Made by a program: the position numbers and the translations under genes
In this document: in pieces, positions 34,169-53,000 of the stretch
Layout: each line of letters starts with the position of its first letter
Position numbering within the stretch: position 1 is the first letter of the stretch
Notes under the pieces: generated by a model
Told to the model about the DNA's origin: nothing
What the model saw: only the letters and a program-made list of their open reading frames with translations
The model's database searches: none
NCBI GenBank assembly: GCA_949358305.1
Contig: OX442314.1
Coordinates: 30,442,001-30,506,000, forward strand
Direction: 5' to 3'
Length of the DNA: 64,000 nucleotides
From: Strigamia acuminata
Lineage: Eukaryota

Positions 34169-37069
34169 ATGGAGATTTTAAGTTACTTGTTTGATTACCA
34201 ATTTTGGATAGGATCTTTCCTCGCATTGATAGTTCTGTGGTACATGTGAGTAGTTTTGTATATTTTAGTATTTTCACATACAAAGCTAATTACAGTAGGT
34301 GGTATGTGTAGTCGAACATCCGTATAACACGCCTTCATGTAACGAATTTGTGTCATGACGAACACATTCCTCTAGTCTCTTGAGTTGGACAGTACATATT
34401 TGGTTTGTGTTTAGGGTTTATTTTTTACTCATCCGATTAGGATGTGTGACGTCATGCATCCTCTTCTTTATTAAATAATTTTTTTTAAGTATGTTTAACT
34501 TGAAACTTAATTGTAAGCTGCTTCTTTTCATACGGAATAGACCTTTGGATAAATGAGGTCATTAAAGTGTTAATTTGTGTTTTCTTATTTTTGGGCGGAG
34601 CCAAACTACATTATGTCATAATTATCTTATGGTCTATTCAAGGCTACAAAAAAAAATTATAAACAAAAACATTACAAATTTAATTTATATAACAGGTACT
34701 TTACAAGGGATTTTGATTATTGGAAAAAACAAGGTGTGACTGGTGATAAACCTCAATTAATTATTGGAACATTTAAACCACCATGGAAACAGGTCAGTTT
34801 GTCATTTATTTCTTGGCACAAGATGGCGCCTTATTTATCTCAGTACAGTGGAAATTACTTCCTCTTCTATTTATTTTATCAATGTTTAGAGCATACAAAA
34901 TCAAGATATGGAAGGAATGAAAAGATTTGGACACATATATGGGTAAATATAAATATTGACTTATCAAATATTCAAATATGTTTTATTGGTTAGCAATTAA
35001 TTATGGGCGATTTTTTTAGAGGATTTTCTGGCAGTTTGCCCATGTTGTTTGTGTCTGACCCTGAGATAGTGAAACAAGTACTGGTGAAAGATTTTGCAGC
35101 ATTTCCAAGTAGAAGGATTTTTGCAAACATGGATAAGGATGAAGTAATGGGGAATATGTTGTCCATTATGGGAGGTGATGAAAAGTGGAAAATGGTAAGA
35201 AACACTCTAACTCCAACATACACATCTGGAAAGCTGAAACAGGTGATTGTAATTCACAATATTGTAAAGGCCATATCTTACATGTAAATGTGAACACAGA
35301 TGGTTGTTTTGATAGAAGAGTGTTTGCATAATTTTACAAACTCTTTACAAACTCAAGCTGAAAATGGAGAACCAATTGACTTTGCAAAGTATGTATACAG
35401 AGTACAATACTGTGGAGAAGTAAATATCTTAAACTAATGATCTATTTTGTATTTCAGAAAATTCCCTGTGTTGACTTTAGATATAATAGCAAGCGTTGCA
35501 TTTGGAATGAAAATTAATTGCATTGATAACCCTGATACTGAATTTGTGGCTAGAGCTCGAACGGCTTTCCGAACTAATGCCGGAGGTTTATACTTTATGC
35601 GTAAGTATATCGAAAGTCGTGTTTTACCGTAAATATTTTAGGTGTTTGTGTTTTTGTTTTGTGATGTTAAAAAATACAAAACAAACACTTAAAAAAATTA
35701 AAACACCACTTTTTGAATGCAGCTACCGTTTGATTGATTCATATCGTTTTATTTTTACCTTTGTAATAATTATTTTTAGTTCTCTTCTCCTTTTTATTCA
35801 AAATTCTTCCAAACGTTATTTCTCATAAAATGAAATACTTTGTCACACTTGCAAATCAAACCATTGACATGAGACTTAAAAATAAAGATGTAAGAAAAAA
35901 ATTGTTGTTTAAAATTTGCACCAATCCTATAAATGCTACATCAAATTATTTCATTTAGTTTTCACGAAAAGATTTCCTTCAAATCATGCTAGAAGCTGAA
36001 ATACCTAATGACGATACAGAAAATCCCCAGTCACCCGGTCCTAAAAAAAGTAATTAAATTTTTTTTTTTACTTTTAATTTCTTAGTTAATCATATCTTAT
36101 TCTTTGTAGCACTTACTAGAGAGCTTATTGTAGCACAAACTATAATTTTCATATTGGCTGGCCACGAAACAACAGCAACTACACTAGCTTTTATGGCGTA
36201 CGAACTCGCCCAAAACCAAGATATTCAAGACAAACTTATCAAAGAGGTGGATGAAGCAATGGCAGCGTCCAAGGTACTGATTTATAGCCACCATCACAGG
36301 GATAGATGTAAATACTTAAAATTTGCTTCTTTCTTAGGGTAAGCTGTCGTATGAAGACGTGGTATCAATGCAATATTTGAATATGGTTACCTCAGAAACA
36401 CTTAGAAAATACCCTCCAGTTATTCGGTGAAGTAAAAATTATTTTACTAATTCTAAAAATTAATTCAAAGATCTAATTTTTGCTGTTGTTTTTTTTTTTT
36501 TTTTTTTTTTTATTTTTAGTCTTGATCGAGTGTGTTCTGAAGAGAATTACATGTTGAATGGAATTAATATAAGGAAAGGAATACCTGTTACAATACCTGC
36601 CTATGCTATACACCACAATCCTGAATTTTATCCTAATCCAAACGTTTTTGATCCTCAAAGGTCATTCCACTTTAATTTGACATAAATTGTGAATGCTGTA
36701 ACTGAAATAAAAACCGTCAAAACAGATTTTCCCCAGAAATGAAGGCCGAGAGAAATCCGTTCACATATCTTCCTTTTGGAGCTGGCCCTAGAAATTGCAT
36801 TGCAAGGAGATTTGCATTGTTGGAAGCTAAACTCGTCATTGTGCACATGCTGTATAATTACCGCTTTCAAACTTGTGAGAAAACTGAAGTAAGTTCTAAT
36901 CATTTCTAGTAATAAAAATAAAGTAAAAATTGTTGTTTCACTCTTATAATAGTATCCCTTGGAGATGTATAATGGATCCCCCTTTCTGCAACCAATGTCT
37001 GTAAATCTTGGATTGCAGAAGAGAATAGACCAACCTCATTTCGACGAAAGAATTCAATCTAATGAATAA
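34169..37069 (+). CDS. Cytochrome P450, CYP3 clan, copy 7 (most divergent)
   Basis: MEILSYLFDY, AGHETT, ETLR, DPQRF, FGAGPRNCIA; stop TAA 37067-37069. Confidence 0.92.
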
Positions 37070-37113
37070 TGTGTGTAAAAATAAACTGATTTGGATATGA
37101 ATTATGTGATATA

Positions 37114-37504
37114 CTTTGGCCGAGTATAAGAGTGCGCTAATTTTTCATTGGTCCAGCCATTTCACTAGTGTAGATCAAAACACTGGAATGATTGAATGAT
37201 TGAATACTTTCCAGGCAAAACAACCAATAAAAAATTCAAAAATTGCTTGCTTTCTTGACAAAGCAACCAATAAGCTGAACCAACCGAACAAACATGTATT
37301 TTGACAGCATAAAACATTATTTTTTGAATTGAATAAACATTTTATTATAAAAAAATAATAAACTTACATCATTTCATTCATTATAATAATCTAGCAAATT
37401 AAAAACATAACAAAACTACTTTCCTGGTGGTAGTACACAGTCCACAGTTAGGAGTAATCAGGCTGGACCAAAGAGAAATAGCTCACTCTTCTACTCGACC
37501 AGAG
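37114..37504. mobile_element. MITE with ~26-bp TIRs
   Basis: ctttggccgagtataagagtgcgcta / tagctcactcttctactcgaccagag, TATA on both flanks. Confidence 0.75.
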
Positions 37505-39206
37505 TATAGAAATGCAGTTATTTGTCGGTAGACACCTACACCTTAATTTAACTTCGCGAAGCTCAGGAGGTGTTTGCCAAAGCGCAATTTAATACCACAA
37601 ATGGGAAATGATAAAGGGTAATTCATGTTGGAAGCTTGACCTGGTAAAGTTCTTGTCCAGGAAGAGTGGACATCTTCTGCAGTTGTTTGAGTAGTAAATT
37701 GCAGGATTAGCATCGGTGGCTCTAATGTAGTACGTGATTTGACTTTTTTGGATGAAATATAACAGTACTTTGGGCTCGAATTTTAATCGGGCTTGTAGCA
37801 GTTTGCAGGACTTTATGAATCTAATGACTAATGAGCAACCACTTACTTTGAGTTTTGGGTATTGTCGGTGTCCACTTTTGTGTTTCTACTTTGTCTTCGG
37901 CAATTCACTGGGAACAGCTTGCTCCCAAAACCGTCAACGTCATTCGTTTTCCTACCGTTGAATACACCTAAATCCAAATTTTGGAGATGATCTGAGAGGT
38001 GGCCGGTAAAGTAAATTTATACCTTAGAGAGCAACTTACTTGTCTTTATCCTCTGTGCTGGGCTTTAAGGTTTCTGCATTAAATGGATCGAAATACTACA
38101 CTTGTCTTGTGGTATTAGTAGTCCTATTTAAATTACGTAATTTTGTAAAAGTAAAAGAAATTAAATTAAGTAATTTTGGAAGTAATTATGCAATTTTTTA
38201 ATTCGAATTTTGTAAAAATTGTAAAAATTGTAAAAATTCAGCTAACCTACATTGTATCGAATAAAACTTATTTCGTCCCCTTGCAATATATTTTTTATTT
38301 TTCCATTCTACCAACCCAAATGTATTATGCATGAAAAAGCACCAACTCCTTCCAATCGATTGCTGACTATTCTTCCGCATGACGGCGCCACCAGCACTAA
38401 CATTAGTGCAATGCCGTCGAGTATTCTTCCCTGTTCTCTGTGACAATCTCCTGCATTCATCTTACAAATGCTCTGCTCGTCTCGTTTTATCTCAGTCACT
38501 TTTATTGTGTATCCTGGCGTTTTTAAATTACCTGTCTCTGTATTTATACTCTTTTTTTATTTAAAAAATGACCTTGGACTTTCTCCTGCATCAACTTATT
38601 TATCTATACAAACACACACGTTCGTTTTAACGCAAATAACTGCGATGTTTTCGATTTTTTTAAATCTTTTTCTAAGTGCAAATAAAATCCCCGTTGACCA
38701 TTTCAATCAGAACACGAAAAAATGCGGGCAAACACCTGATTTGGTCGATTTTTTCAATTTGGGAGATCTCTGGCGATCAAAACAGATCCCCGGGTCGTTG
38801 ATTCTGTGTTTACCGGAAATTGCAGCTTTTCTGTCAATGAACTGTAACAGCGCTCTTTGAAGCGAGCAACTTGTGCAAGTATTGCTTCTTAGCTGTTGGC
38901 CTTCTTAATTTATCCGTCGTTTCGCAAATATTTGCGCTCTAAATTTATCTCATCACGGTTTGGGAAAAATGGCTTGCAATGAAATATGCACACAATGTCA
39001 ACAGATATTCCGCACGTGTTTATTGATTTGGTTATTCAGATTGTTGAGACTTGTTTTTACAAAAATGACAGTTGTATTTCATTGGTGGTCACCATGACAA
39101 TGAATGAATTGTGTGAATCATACGCATTGATTTTGAATTTAATGGTTTGCAGCAAGAGAGTCGTTGGTTTGTAGGTCGTTCACTTCAATTCAAGACGACT
39201 GGACTC

Positions 39207-43725
<4,519 letters not shown>

Positions 43726-45301
43726 TTAGGAGTGAATTTTGCATGTAAATCTTTTCATTAAAACATAATTTAATACAAGATGTGTCTAGTTCTTCAAGTA
43801 TGATATTAAGACACCACCAAATATGCATGTAACACTCAATTTGAAGAAAATATATTTCAATTATTAACACAGATATGAGGATGTTTGGAATTTTAATATA
43901 CTGCAAAAGATATTCCAGGAAGTTACACTTGCCACAGCTCTTATTTTGTGGTGTGTGATATATGAGTTTGCTGCTTGGGTTTATTAAACTATAAATTAAC
44001 AAACTTCCAAGTTCTTTGTCTGCCCATCCTGGCAAGCCGAACAGAATGAGATGCAAGGACTAGTAATAATAACAGTTTTGGATATGAATGAGATGGATCG
44101 TAATTGGTTAATATTTGTCAGTAGACTCGTTTCTATAACTTATGAGCACATTGCGCTGCAGTGAAGCTCAAGGGGGTGCTTGCTAATGTGAAATTTGATA
44201 TCAAAAATGGGAAATGATAAAATAGTAATTCAAGATGGTGTATTTTTATTGAATTATGCATAAACATATGGTCTAAAAAGGTACAAAACTGAAGTGCTAA
44301 AACCATATTTTAGGTATAACCACACGCAAAAACAAATGTAAACCAAGAAGTGGATTTTTTGGCTTTTTTGACAAATATTCAAAATATTGCTTGAATTAAT
44401 GATATTAAAATTGCAGCCATTTTTGTATAATTTACCTATATTCCCAATATTCTTTGTTTAGTTTAGTAGTAGTGGTATATTCATTTTTTAAATACTGCTC
44501 ACACTTCACTGCAATGCTTTTATAAATCTAGTATTTTTCTAGTAAAGAAATGACAAGAAAGATTGTAGGAAATCATTGATCTCTCTGTATGGTGCAACTT
44601 TGTAATAGAAATTTTTCTCTTATCTCTAGTGGTTTAAGATATTGATTTGGTATTTGTCTAAAGTTCAAACGTAATTTTTCATACCAGCAGCAAATTTGTT
44701 ATTCAGCTGCAACATCGTAGGAAGGACAGATAAGAGGATACAAGGATCTAAGATTTAGAAAAGGACAATAAACAAAATCCAAAAAGGGAAGGATTATGGA
44801 ATTATAATAATAAATGAGGTCAAAAGATGGAAAATTCCAAAAAATCCTCACGTAAAATGCAATCATCTTATTAGATTTGATAAAATGCTAAATGCAATAG
44901 TGAATAAATTATTTTGAAATTATTTATCTTTAGAACACCAGTCTCTCTATAGAAAATACAATTTATTACACTTTAATTTTATACAATTCCCAAAATGGTA
45001 CTACAAAGTTAAATTTATAATTTTTTTAAAATATAATCAGAAAGAGTGCTCAAAATAAAATAATGTTTATTAAATATATGCCCTATGGTACTTTCTAATG
45101 TATTTTAAATTGAGTTTTACATCTTATTTTAGAAAAAAATATTATTAATTTAACTTCAAATCCATAGCTTGATCTTAAATATCAAAGTACTTTACAACTT
45201 CCTGTTGCTATGGCGATTAAGTAATTGTAAATCAATACCGTCTTCAAGGTTAATCACCAACTTGTTTTATAAAGAATAAAGAGATATTATTGCATTTTTT
45301 T

Positions 45302-48300
45302 TTATGCAGGCAACTCTGATGGGACATGTTGATGCACACATTTATTTTTCATCCTGCAAATAATTTTTTTGCTTAAAAAAAATCTCAAGTGGGCACATCC
45401 AAGTAAACAACACAGTGTGAATGAAGTGTTGAAACCAAATGTTTGTAACCAAGACAGAGAAAAAATAATGTCTGAGTTTATGTTGATTCCAAAATATTGA
45501 ACTATGCTGCTAATATATGCTGGAATTTCAAGTAACAGGAAGATGAATGAGCCTAGAGATAATGTGTAAATACTGGATCTGAAATAATGAAATGAGAATA
45601 AATTGTTTTGGAAAAATAATAAAGTTTTAAATTAAATGTAACAGATGCAATTAAAATGTGTTGAAAATTGAAATTATTCCAATTAAGTAATAATTTGAAT
45701 TACACCATAGCAATTAACACCTTTTAATGAATTCTCTAATCAATAACCATACATTTTTTATTAGAATCTTAACTCATCAATTATTCATTCTACAATTAAT
45801 TTCAACTTCAAGATTATGACCCTACCATTGTATTTTATTTTTAAATTTACAATTTTGATTTCCAGATTGTAATTCAATAATTAGACTCCATTTGTAAGCA
45901 ACATGTATGGCTTTATCTCCATTTGTAGCAATTAATTACCCAGTGTATGTGTATATTGAAATTTTATATTAATGTAATTGAAGTGTTTAAACATGTTTTA
46001 ATAATCATGCAATTTTGGCATTCATGCATGGGTGAATCAATGCTATTATAATGGGGAATCTAACAAAAATAAGACTGTTCTCTATGTAAATTTAGTTTAA
46101 ATTAATTTCAATTTATTTCAACCCAAACTGTATGATTTGCACTTTTCATTTCTTTTTTTTATCTCTGGAAGCTGTTTGTAAATTTTTCCCTTTCATTCAG
46201 CCAACTACAAGAGTTTATATTAAAATTCTACCTACAGAATTAATTTCTGCAGAATTCCTTAACAAAAATCTTTGGGAAATTTGCAAATCTTTAGAGAGTT
46301 TAGCATAAAACTTGACAGTTTTCATGCAAAAATATTGTTGACAACCAGATTACTCAGTTTTTTAAGCTAAACCAAACTCCCTGACACTAAATTAAATGTT
46401 AGAGAAAATATATTACCTGTTGGTGAAACTTTTTTCAGTCTTGATGAGGGAAATGACTGGCTCAGACTTAACCATGACCAGCACAAGCCACGAACACGTA
46501 GCAACAGATGGAAGGAAGACATAAACAGTGAATGAAAACAGCAACTGAGTGCCAATATTTTTCGACGCTAACTTTAATCCGCACATGCCCAATGGTTGAA
46601 TGAAAGAATACTCTCCCCAGCCGTAGAGTGGGCCAGACACGGCAATCAATAAAATAAAGAAAATTCCGTTCAGAATTACTTTAAGGTTTATGTTAGACAA
46701 AGTCAGTGAATATTCTTGCGGTTTAAGATGATGAGTGTATCTGAAATAGTCAATAAAAGAAAAACAGATTTACTTCATTCAATTTTGGCATCCATTTATT
46801 CTTATCACAAAAAGATGCATCTTACATCGCATTATTAGATGAATCTGTTGAGAAACATGTCGTTTAATGTGATTGCTTACAATTGACTCAATTGTAAGCC
46901 CATCATAATAAAGGAAAGTGAGATTATAAATTGGAGGAAGTAGGATGATAATATTGAATTACAAGGCTGTTAATAACCACGTAAACAATTTAAACATTTT
47001 GTTATTGCATTTGATTTCCTTGAAAACTGGTGCAAATTTTGCAAATTGGATTCTATTGTTTAATTTTTATAAGGGAAAAATTTAATGGAATATTGCTCGT
47101 TATCAACATTTTCATTGGAAATGATGTTCCACAAAACAATGCAAATGTCCATAATACAAAACTATAAACAAAATTTGACGATCAGGCAGGTATTCATAGC
47201 AATATTGTCATCGTAGTGAAACCCACGGTAATGTAGTGAAGCGCATTGTAACGCAGTAAAGCCCACGCGGTAACGCAGTGAAGCCCACGGCTGAGCAGTG
47301 AAGCCCACGGCTGAGCAGTGAAGCCCACGGTTATGCAGTGGAGCCCACGCTAGTGCAATGAACCAAACTATAGCGCAATGAAGCTACAAATCTTAAATTG
47401 GATTAAAAAAAACGCATAAAATACTAAAAATAAAAATAATATATTTTTAAAAATTAAATTAAATTTGCAAAAAAAAAAAAATATCTAACATCTTAAAAAA
47501 TTCCAAAATTCCACAGAACTATTCAAATTAAAACAGCACACAAGATGTTATTCCCGCATGAGGAATTCTCTTTTCATTTCTCAATTTGCTTCAAACAAAC
47601 TTTCCTCCCCACGCAAGATTAACCCGGTCACAAACAAACCGTACATTAAAGCAAAAGGAAAAAAAAAAGAAACCACTAAAGGTGAGCTATCTGCAAAACA
47701 TTTTTTATCTTAATCCCAATCTGCTTTGCCCTCTCACGTGCTGCAAAAAAGAAAAAAAAAGAAGAAAAATAACCTATTCATGTACAAAAACACTTTTCTC
47801 TCCCCGCTAGGTGTTTCTTTAACAGAAAACACACTTATTTGCTTACACACGACATTAATCTTGCTCACTGTAAACACTCGCGTACCTTTCAAATCCCAGC
47901 AGAGCCACAAACCAAATAGTTGAAAAATTCATGAGTCTCGTGATTGAAGCTTGCAACTGGCACACGTGATGTCCAAACACCCATTTACCTAAATTGCAAA
48001 ATGCACAAATTAACCATCTAAACAAACGAAACCAGGTCGAGTTAACTCATGCAATGGATAATCAAACTGTCACATAATTGTAAACTGCAAATGCCACTTC
48101 CAATTAAGAAACAAAAGGCGTGTCTTTAAAAAACAAGCGCGCAAATGCTCGTTTTTGAACGACACGAGTCACACGACCGCGAAAAAAAATGAAATTAGCT
48201 TAAAATAAGCCACAACTCACCGTAAACGAACGAAACAATTTGAAAAGAAACCTGAGAGCAGCAATTCAGCATGCCGATGGTGGCCAAAATCTTGAGCATT

Positions 48301-48491
48301 GTGTCCACATTGCAGGTGTTGGAGATAAAGTAATCCATACCTGACAGCACGACGATGCGGTCGTGTCGGAGCGCGAATAAGACGATCGTGTTGGTGATGA
48401 TGCATAGTATGGCTTGAACGACGAGGGCGCTCACGGTGAATTCCAAAGCCGGTTTGTAATTCAAGCACAACTCGCTCGAGTTATCGCTCAT
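45302..48491 (-). CDS. Divergent rhodopsin-class (class A) GPCR
   Basis: Exons 48491-48221 (TM1 N, TM2 D), 46966-46881 (TM3 with Cys), 46740-46417 (TM4, GPLYGWGEY..C, TM5), 45578-45302 (TM6, TM7, stop). The last three join in frame; the exon 1-2 junction is unresolved. Confidence 0.68.
47213..47386. repeat. 20-bp minisatellite (gcagtgaagcccacggctga)
   Basis: About 8 degenerate head-to-tail units in the GPCR intron. Confidence 0.85.
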
Positions 48492-50009
48492 TGTGAACTA
48501 CCATGCTTTGCCGTGTCCCTGTCGATGACTGCATGCAGCAGTGGAAAGGGCTGCTGTTTTCTGACGTCATGGTGACGCGAATTTGTATTGGAAAAGTGTG
48601 GATGGGAAGGAAAATGGTTTTTTGCAGAGCGTTTGGAGCTTCACTTTCAATTTGCTAGGCTTAAGAACTGGGGTGGTGAAAAATCGGTTGATGGATTTTC
48701 GAAGATTTTTTTGTAATTGAAAAATCGATTTGGTTTATTAATCAGAAATTATTAATATTGTTGTTATTGTTCGTCAGAGTCACGTATCGGAGATTTACAC
48801 GTGGCTAATGGGTTGGTAGAATCACATTGCAGACATAACTGGATGTGTAATCATGTTGGGAATGCGTTTAGTGAGTTGAAATGTTGCAAATAAGTCATGA
48901 AAGAATTTTTCTAGCCGTTTAATTTGCGGTGATTTAATGAAAACTGTTTTAATTCGTCTCAGAAATGGAGAATTTTCATGTTTGAAAAATTGTGAGGTGG
49001 ATGGAAACAACATCAATTGAATCTAGACAAATTATCGTTTTATAACATCCTCGATTTAACCCAAATTCTAATAAATTTCCGTCAATATTTGTTCACACTT
49101 AAAAGAACTGGCGACACCAGGATACATGGACATTTATTAGAAGCTTCGCGACTTTATTTGTGTTGTTGAATGATAAAATTACTTCCTCTATGACTGAAAT
49201 AAAATATTGGGAGAAGAAAAACAACAAAAATAAACATTTTTTTTTTGTAAATGAAAAAGATAGTTTTGAAATTGGTGGATTTTGAAGCAAAAACAAAAAA
49301 TATTATTTGATTTCTAACTAAAGCTTTTATTTCTATTTTTGTCGTCGGTAACTCGAGACAATCTTTTCTTTTGGAAAACATAAAACAAAGAAAACAAATA
49401 ATTGATTCCCTGAAATCCAATTGTCTTATAAACCAAATGCAAATTAAATGAAGTGAGCTTTGAGTCTTACACCCCACGTTCTCTACGCCCATTTATATTC
49501 ATCAACATTTAAAATTAAGCCTTTTACATACACACACAACTTGATAACTTTTAATAAGCAGAACAAATTAAACCAAGTGTCACTGAAACAACAAATTAAC
49601 ACTTTCTAAAATATCCTTATCCAACATTAAAATCAAAAGAGGAACTAAAAAAAAAAAAAAAAAAAAAAAAGCAATTAATCAAATTAAAGTTTAATAGCTT
49701 TTTTTTATTTCATTTTAAATAAATCACAGAGAAAGTGAAAATTTCCTCAACACTCACAGGTGTTTTCACTTTTTATTTTCTGCACTCAAGGTCCACAGTT
49801 CCTGTGCAACCACAAACAAGGTGGCCAATAGAATGAGAGGGCACTACACTCTGCATTTCAATAATGAGATTTAAAAAAAAATATAATAGTAAAGTGGAAA
49901 GTCCGCTATGTCATTGAAGGGAAGTACAGTCAGTGGGGCAACCAACCCATCTGGAAACCAACTGAGAATTCAGGTGGCAATGTGAAACAAATGTCTATCT
50001 ACTGCAGAG

Positions 50010-53000
50010 ATGAATCTCATTTGTATCTACTGCATGTTTGTGTTTATCTTCTTTAATTCATCAACTGTTGGAAGAAGTAATCACGCTAAGGTTAGTCCAC
50101 ACTTAACTAACTTCTTATTATATAATACAAGATTTACAGTGCTTTATATATATCAAAAAATCAATTATTTCATGGTTTAGTATTGAAATATTTTTAGTTT
50201 TACATCTTATTATTAATTTTAATTAATTTGTGTGAATATTTAATTTAATTTACTATTTATTTATTATAAATTCCGTGTATTTCTATATTTCCTATCACTC
50301 TGAATGAGTTGAACTTGAATTCCTGTTATTTTCTCACCTATCCTTTTCCAGGTTCATTAAACCTATCGATTTATTTCCAACGTATATTTTTTCATGTAGT
50401 TAAATCAACACATTTCACTTTCAAGACATGAAAGAAGTTTTTTATTTGGACCTGGTCGTAAAGGTAATTTGTGGTCATTTTACTCTTTTTTTTTAAAACT
50501 ACGGCCTTGAGCCTCATCTTATCCAATAGCATTTCACATATTTTAATTATACCAACTTTGTCCTTGACCATTGCGAAGAACAAAAGCTTTAGCCCTATTT
50601 TCATCTGACAAATAAATTCACACAAAACACAAATTTAAAAAACAATTTCACCACTTTTCCTTCAATCTAATTCTATTACAATTCTTGTAGTACCCAAATA
50701 CCAACTAGTCTATCTTCCCGTATTCGATGGCCGCCATACAAAAACACTCAAACGACAAGTGGAAACCAACTGCAGACCATTTAATCTCAACATTACAGCA
50801 TTTGGTCAAGAATTGGAGCTCGAGTTGACTCCAAATCAACACATCACGTATGATAATTTATTGCTGGTCACACGCACAGATGAGAGAACTTTAAATAAAT
50901 CCAATATATCAAATTCGTTAAATGGCTGCCATTACCATGGTAACGTGGTAACTTCGCCTGGCGGACGAGTTGCTCTGTCTTTACATAGAGGATATGTGAG
51001 TGTATATCATTATAAAATAATTACATAATTAATTAATTTAATGCTTTTAGACTGGAATAATTGTTCCTACGATTGGAGAACATTGGTTGCTTCATCCTGC
51101 ACCGAGGAGAATCAGAAACAGGAATTTAGTTGATGCCAAAGTGCCACATATAATTTATAAGAAAGAAAATAATGAAATAAGTGAGATTTGGTGATTGACT
51201 GGACAAATTGTTGTTAAATCGAGATTTAAATTGTACTTAGATGGGTGTGGACACACATTTTATAACTCGACACGCGAAAAACGAAGTTTGTATACGTCTT
51301 ATTCGTCGGCAACTCAACTGTCAATCGAAACTGCTGTATTCGTTGACAAGGACATGTACAACTTAATGAGGGCAAGCTTTCCCGCTGATCCGGAACGTGG
51401 AGTGATGGAAGTTGTGTTAGCTATGATTAATGCGGTAAGTGCAAAGACTCTTTGGAACGTTTGGAGGTATAATTTAATGATATTTTCAGGCTGAACTTCT
51501 CTTTCAAGCTGAGTCTCTTGAGACGAACATAAGAATCACTTTAGTTCAGCTGGAAATACAAAAGACTGAATTCGAAGGATTAAAGCGCTCGGCAAACATC
51601 GATGAATATTTGAAGAACTTCTGCTCTTGGCAAAAGAAGATTAATCCTAATAATGATGATGATCCACACCACTGGGATCATGCATTACTTTTGACAGGGT
51701 AAAAAAGAAAAATCAAAAATTTAAAATTTAAAATTAAAAACATCCGTGTTTTTACGCTTTATTGCAGATCAAATTTATATTCACAAGACAAAGAGGGAAA
51801 ACAAAACAATCAAGTTGTAGGTAAATAAAAGTGTTTAATAACAAGCTAACTATTATTTTACCTAACAATATCTAACTATTATTTTACCTAACAATATCTA
51901 ACTATTATTTTACCAAACAATATCTAATCAAAAATTTACTAAACAATATCTAATCAAAAATTTACTAAACAATATCTAATTAAATATTTACTAAACAATA
52001 TCCAACCAGAAATTTACAAAGCAATAAGAAGTAAATATTCTTTGTTGCATATTCAATTGATTCATCTTCAGGATTAGCACCGGTCTCCGGGATGTGTCTC
52101 TTCGGCAACAGTTGCAGCGTCAACGAAGGCGGTCATTTTGAAGCCGTATACGTGATCGCGCATGAATTGGGCCACAGCATGGGAATGCAACACGACGGCC
52201 CACAAAACAGCAATAAATGTGATAAAAACAAGTTCATCATGTCGCCAACATTAGGCAGTGGCAAAACCACATGGTCCGCTTGTAGTCGAGAATATCTATT
52301 GCGCTTTCTTCGATCAACTCAAGCAAGATGTCTCTGGGATAAGGGATTTTCTCCTCAACATCTTAACCACCAACGGAACACTTTGCTGCCCGGCCAGCGG
52401 TTTCATCCGGATCAGCAATGTCGATTGAAGTTCGGATCAGCAAGCATGAAGGACCCAACACAACCACTAGATGTAAGAAACCACAAGTACTTGTATCTTT
52501 AATACTAAAATATCATTAAATTGCAGAAAATTTGCCAAGACTTACAATGCATAACAAATAATTACCCTCTGACTTCACATCCAGCCTTGGAAGGCTCATT
52601 TTGTGGAGAAAACAAGGTTTTTAGCTTTCTACGGAAGCTTGTAAGGCCCATTTTAATTTTTTTGTGTTTCTTAGTATTGTCGCAGCGGGAATTGCGTCTC
52701 ACGTCCACCAGAGGTTTCCCTAAGACCGATTAATGGCGATTGGGGTCAATGGTCACCTTTTGGACCGTGTGCTTCTAGTTGTTTATCGAACAACGACGGC
52801 GAATTAAGCAGCGCAGGGATTATGCTTTCCACTCGTCGCTGTGACAGCCCCCAGTACGTAGTTATAATTCTAATGCTATTTTTAATCAAAACAATAACTA
52901 CAAGTTAATAGCGATTGAAAAACTGTCAAAATTGTAAATTATTTTATAAATATTAAGAAAAAAAATCTATACAAATATAGTAATAATAAATAAATAAATA

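Noticed and set aside
1039..35223. Recurrent minus-strand ORFs (MYVGVSVFRTIFHLS...)
   Set aside because: Antisense shadows of P450 exon 4; they recur only because the exon is duplicated.
293..37069. Assigning CYP family names, species or a specific pathway
   Set aside because: Requires database comparison; only clan-3 membership is supportable from the motifs.
44150..44516. Possible TIR pair tgcagtgaag / cttcactgca
   Set aside because: Only 10 bp and no TSD.
47213..47386. Possible CRISPR-like repeat array
   Set aside because: Head-to-tail 20-bp units with no unique spacers, in a eukaryotic intron.
45302..48491. Calling the GPCR an opsin
   Set aside because: No TM7 lysine or NPxxY in the model.
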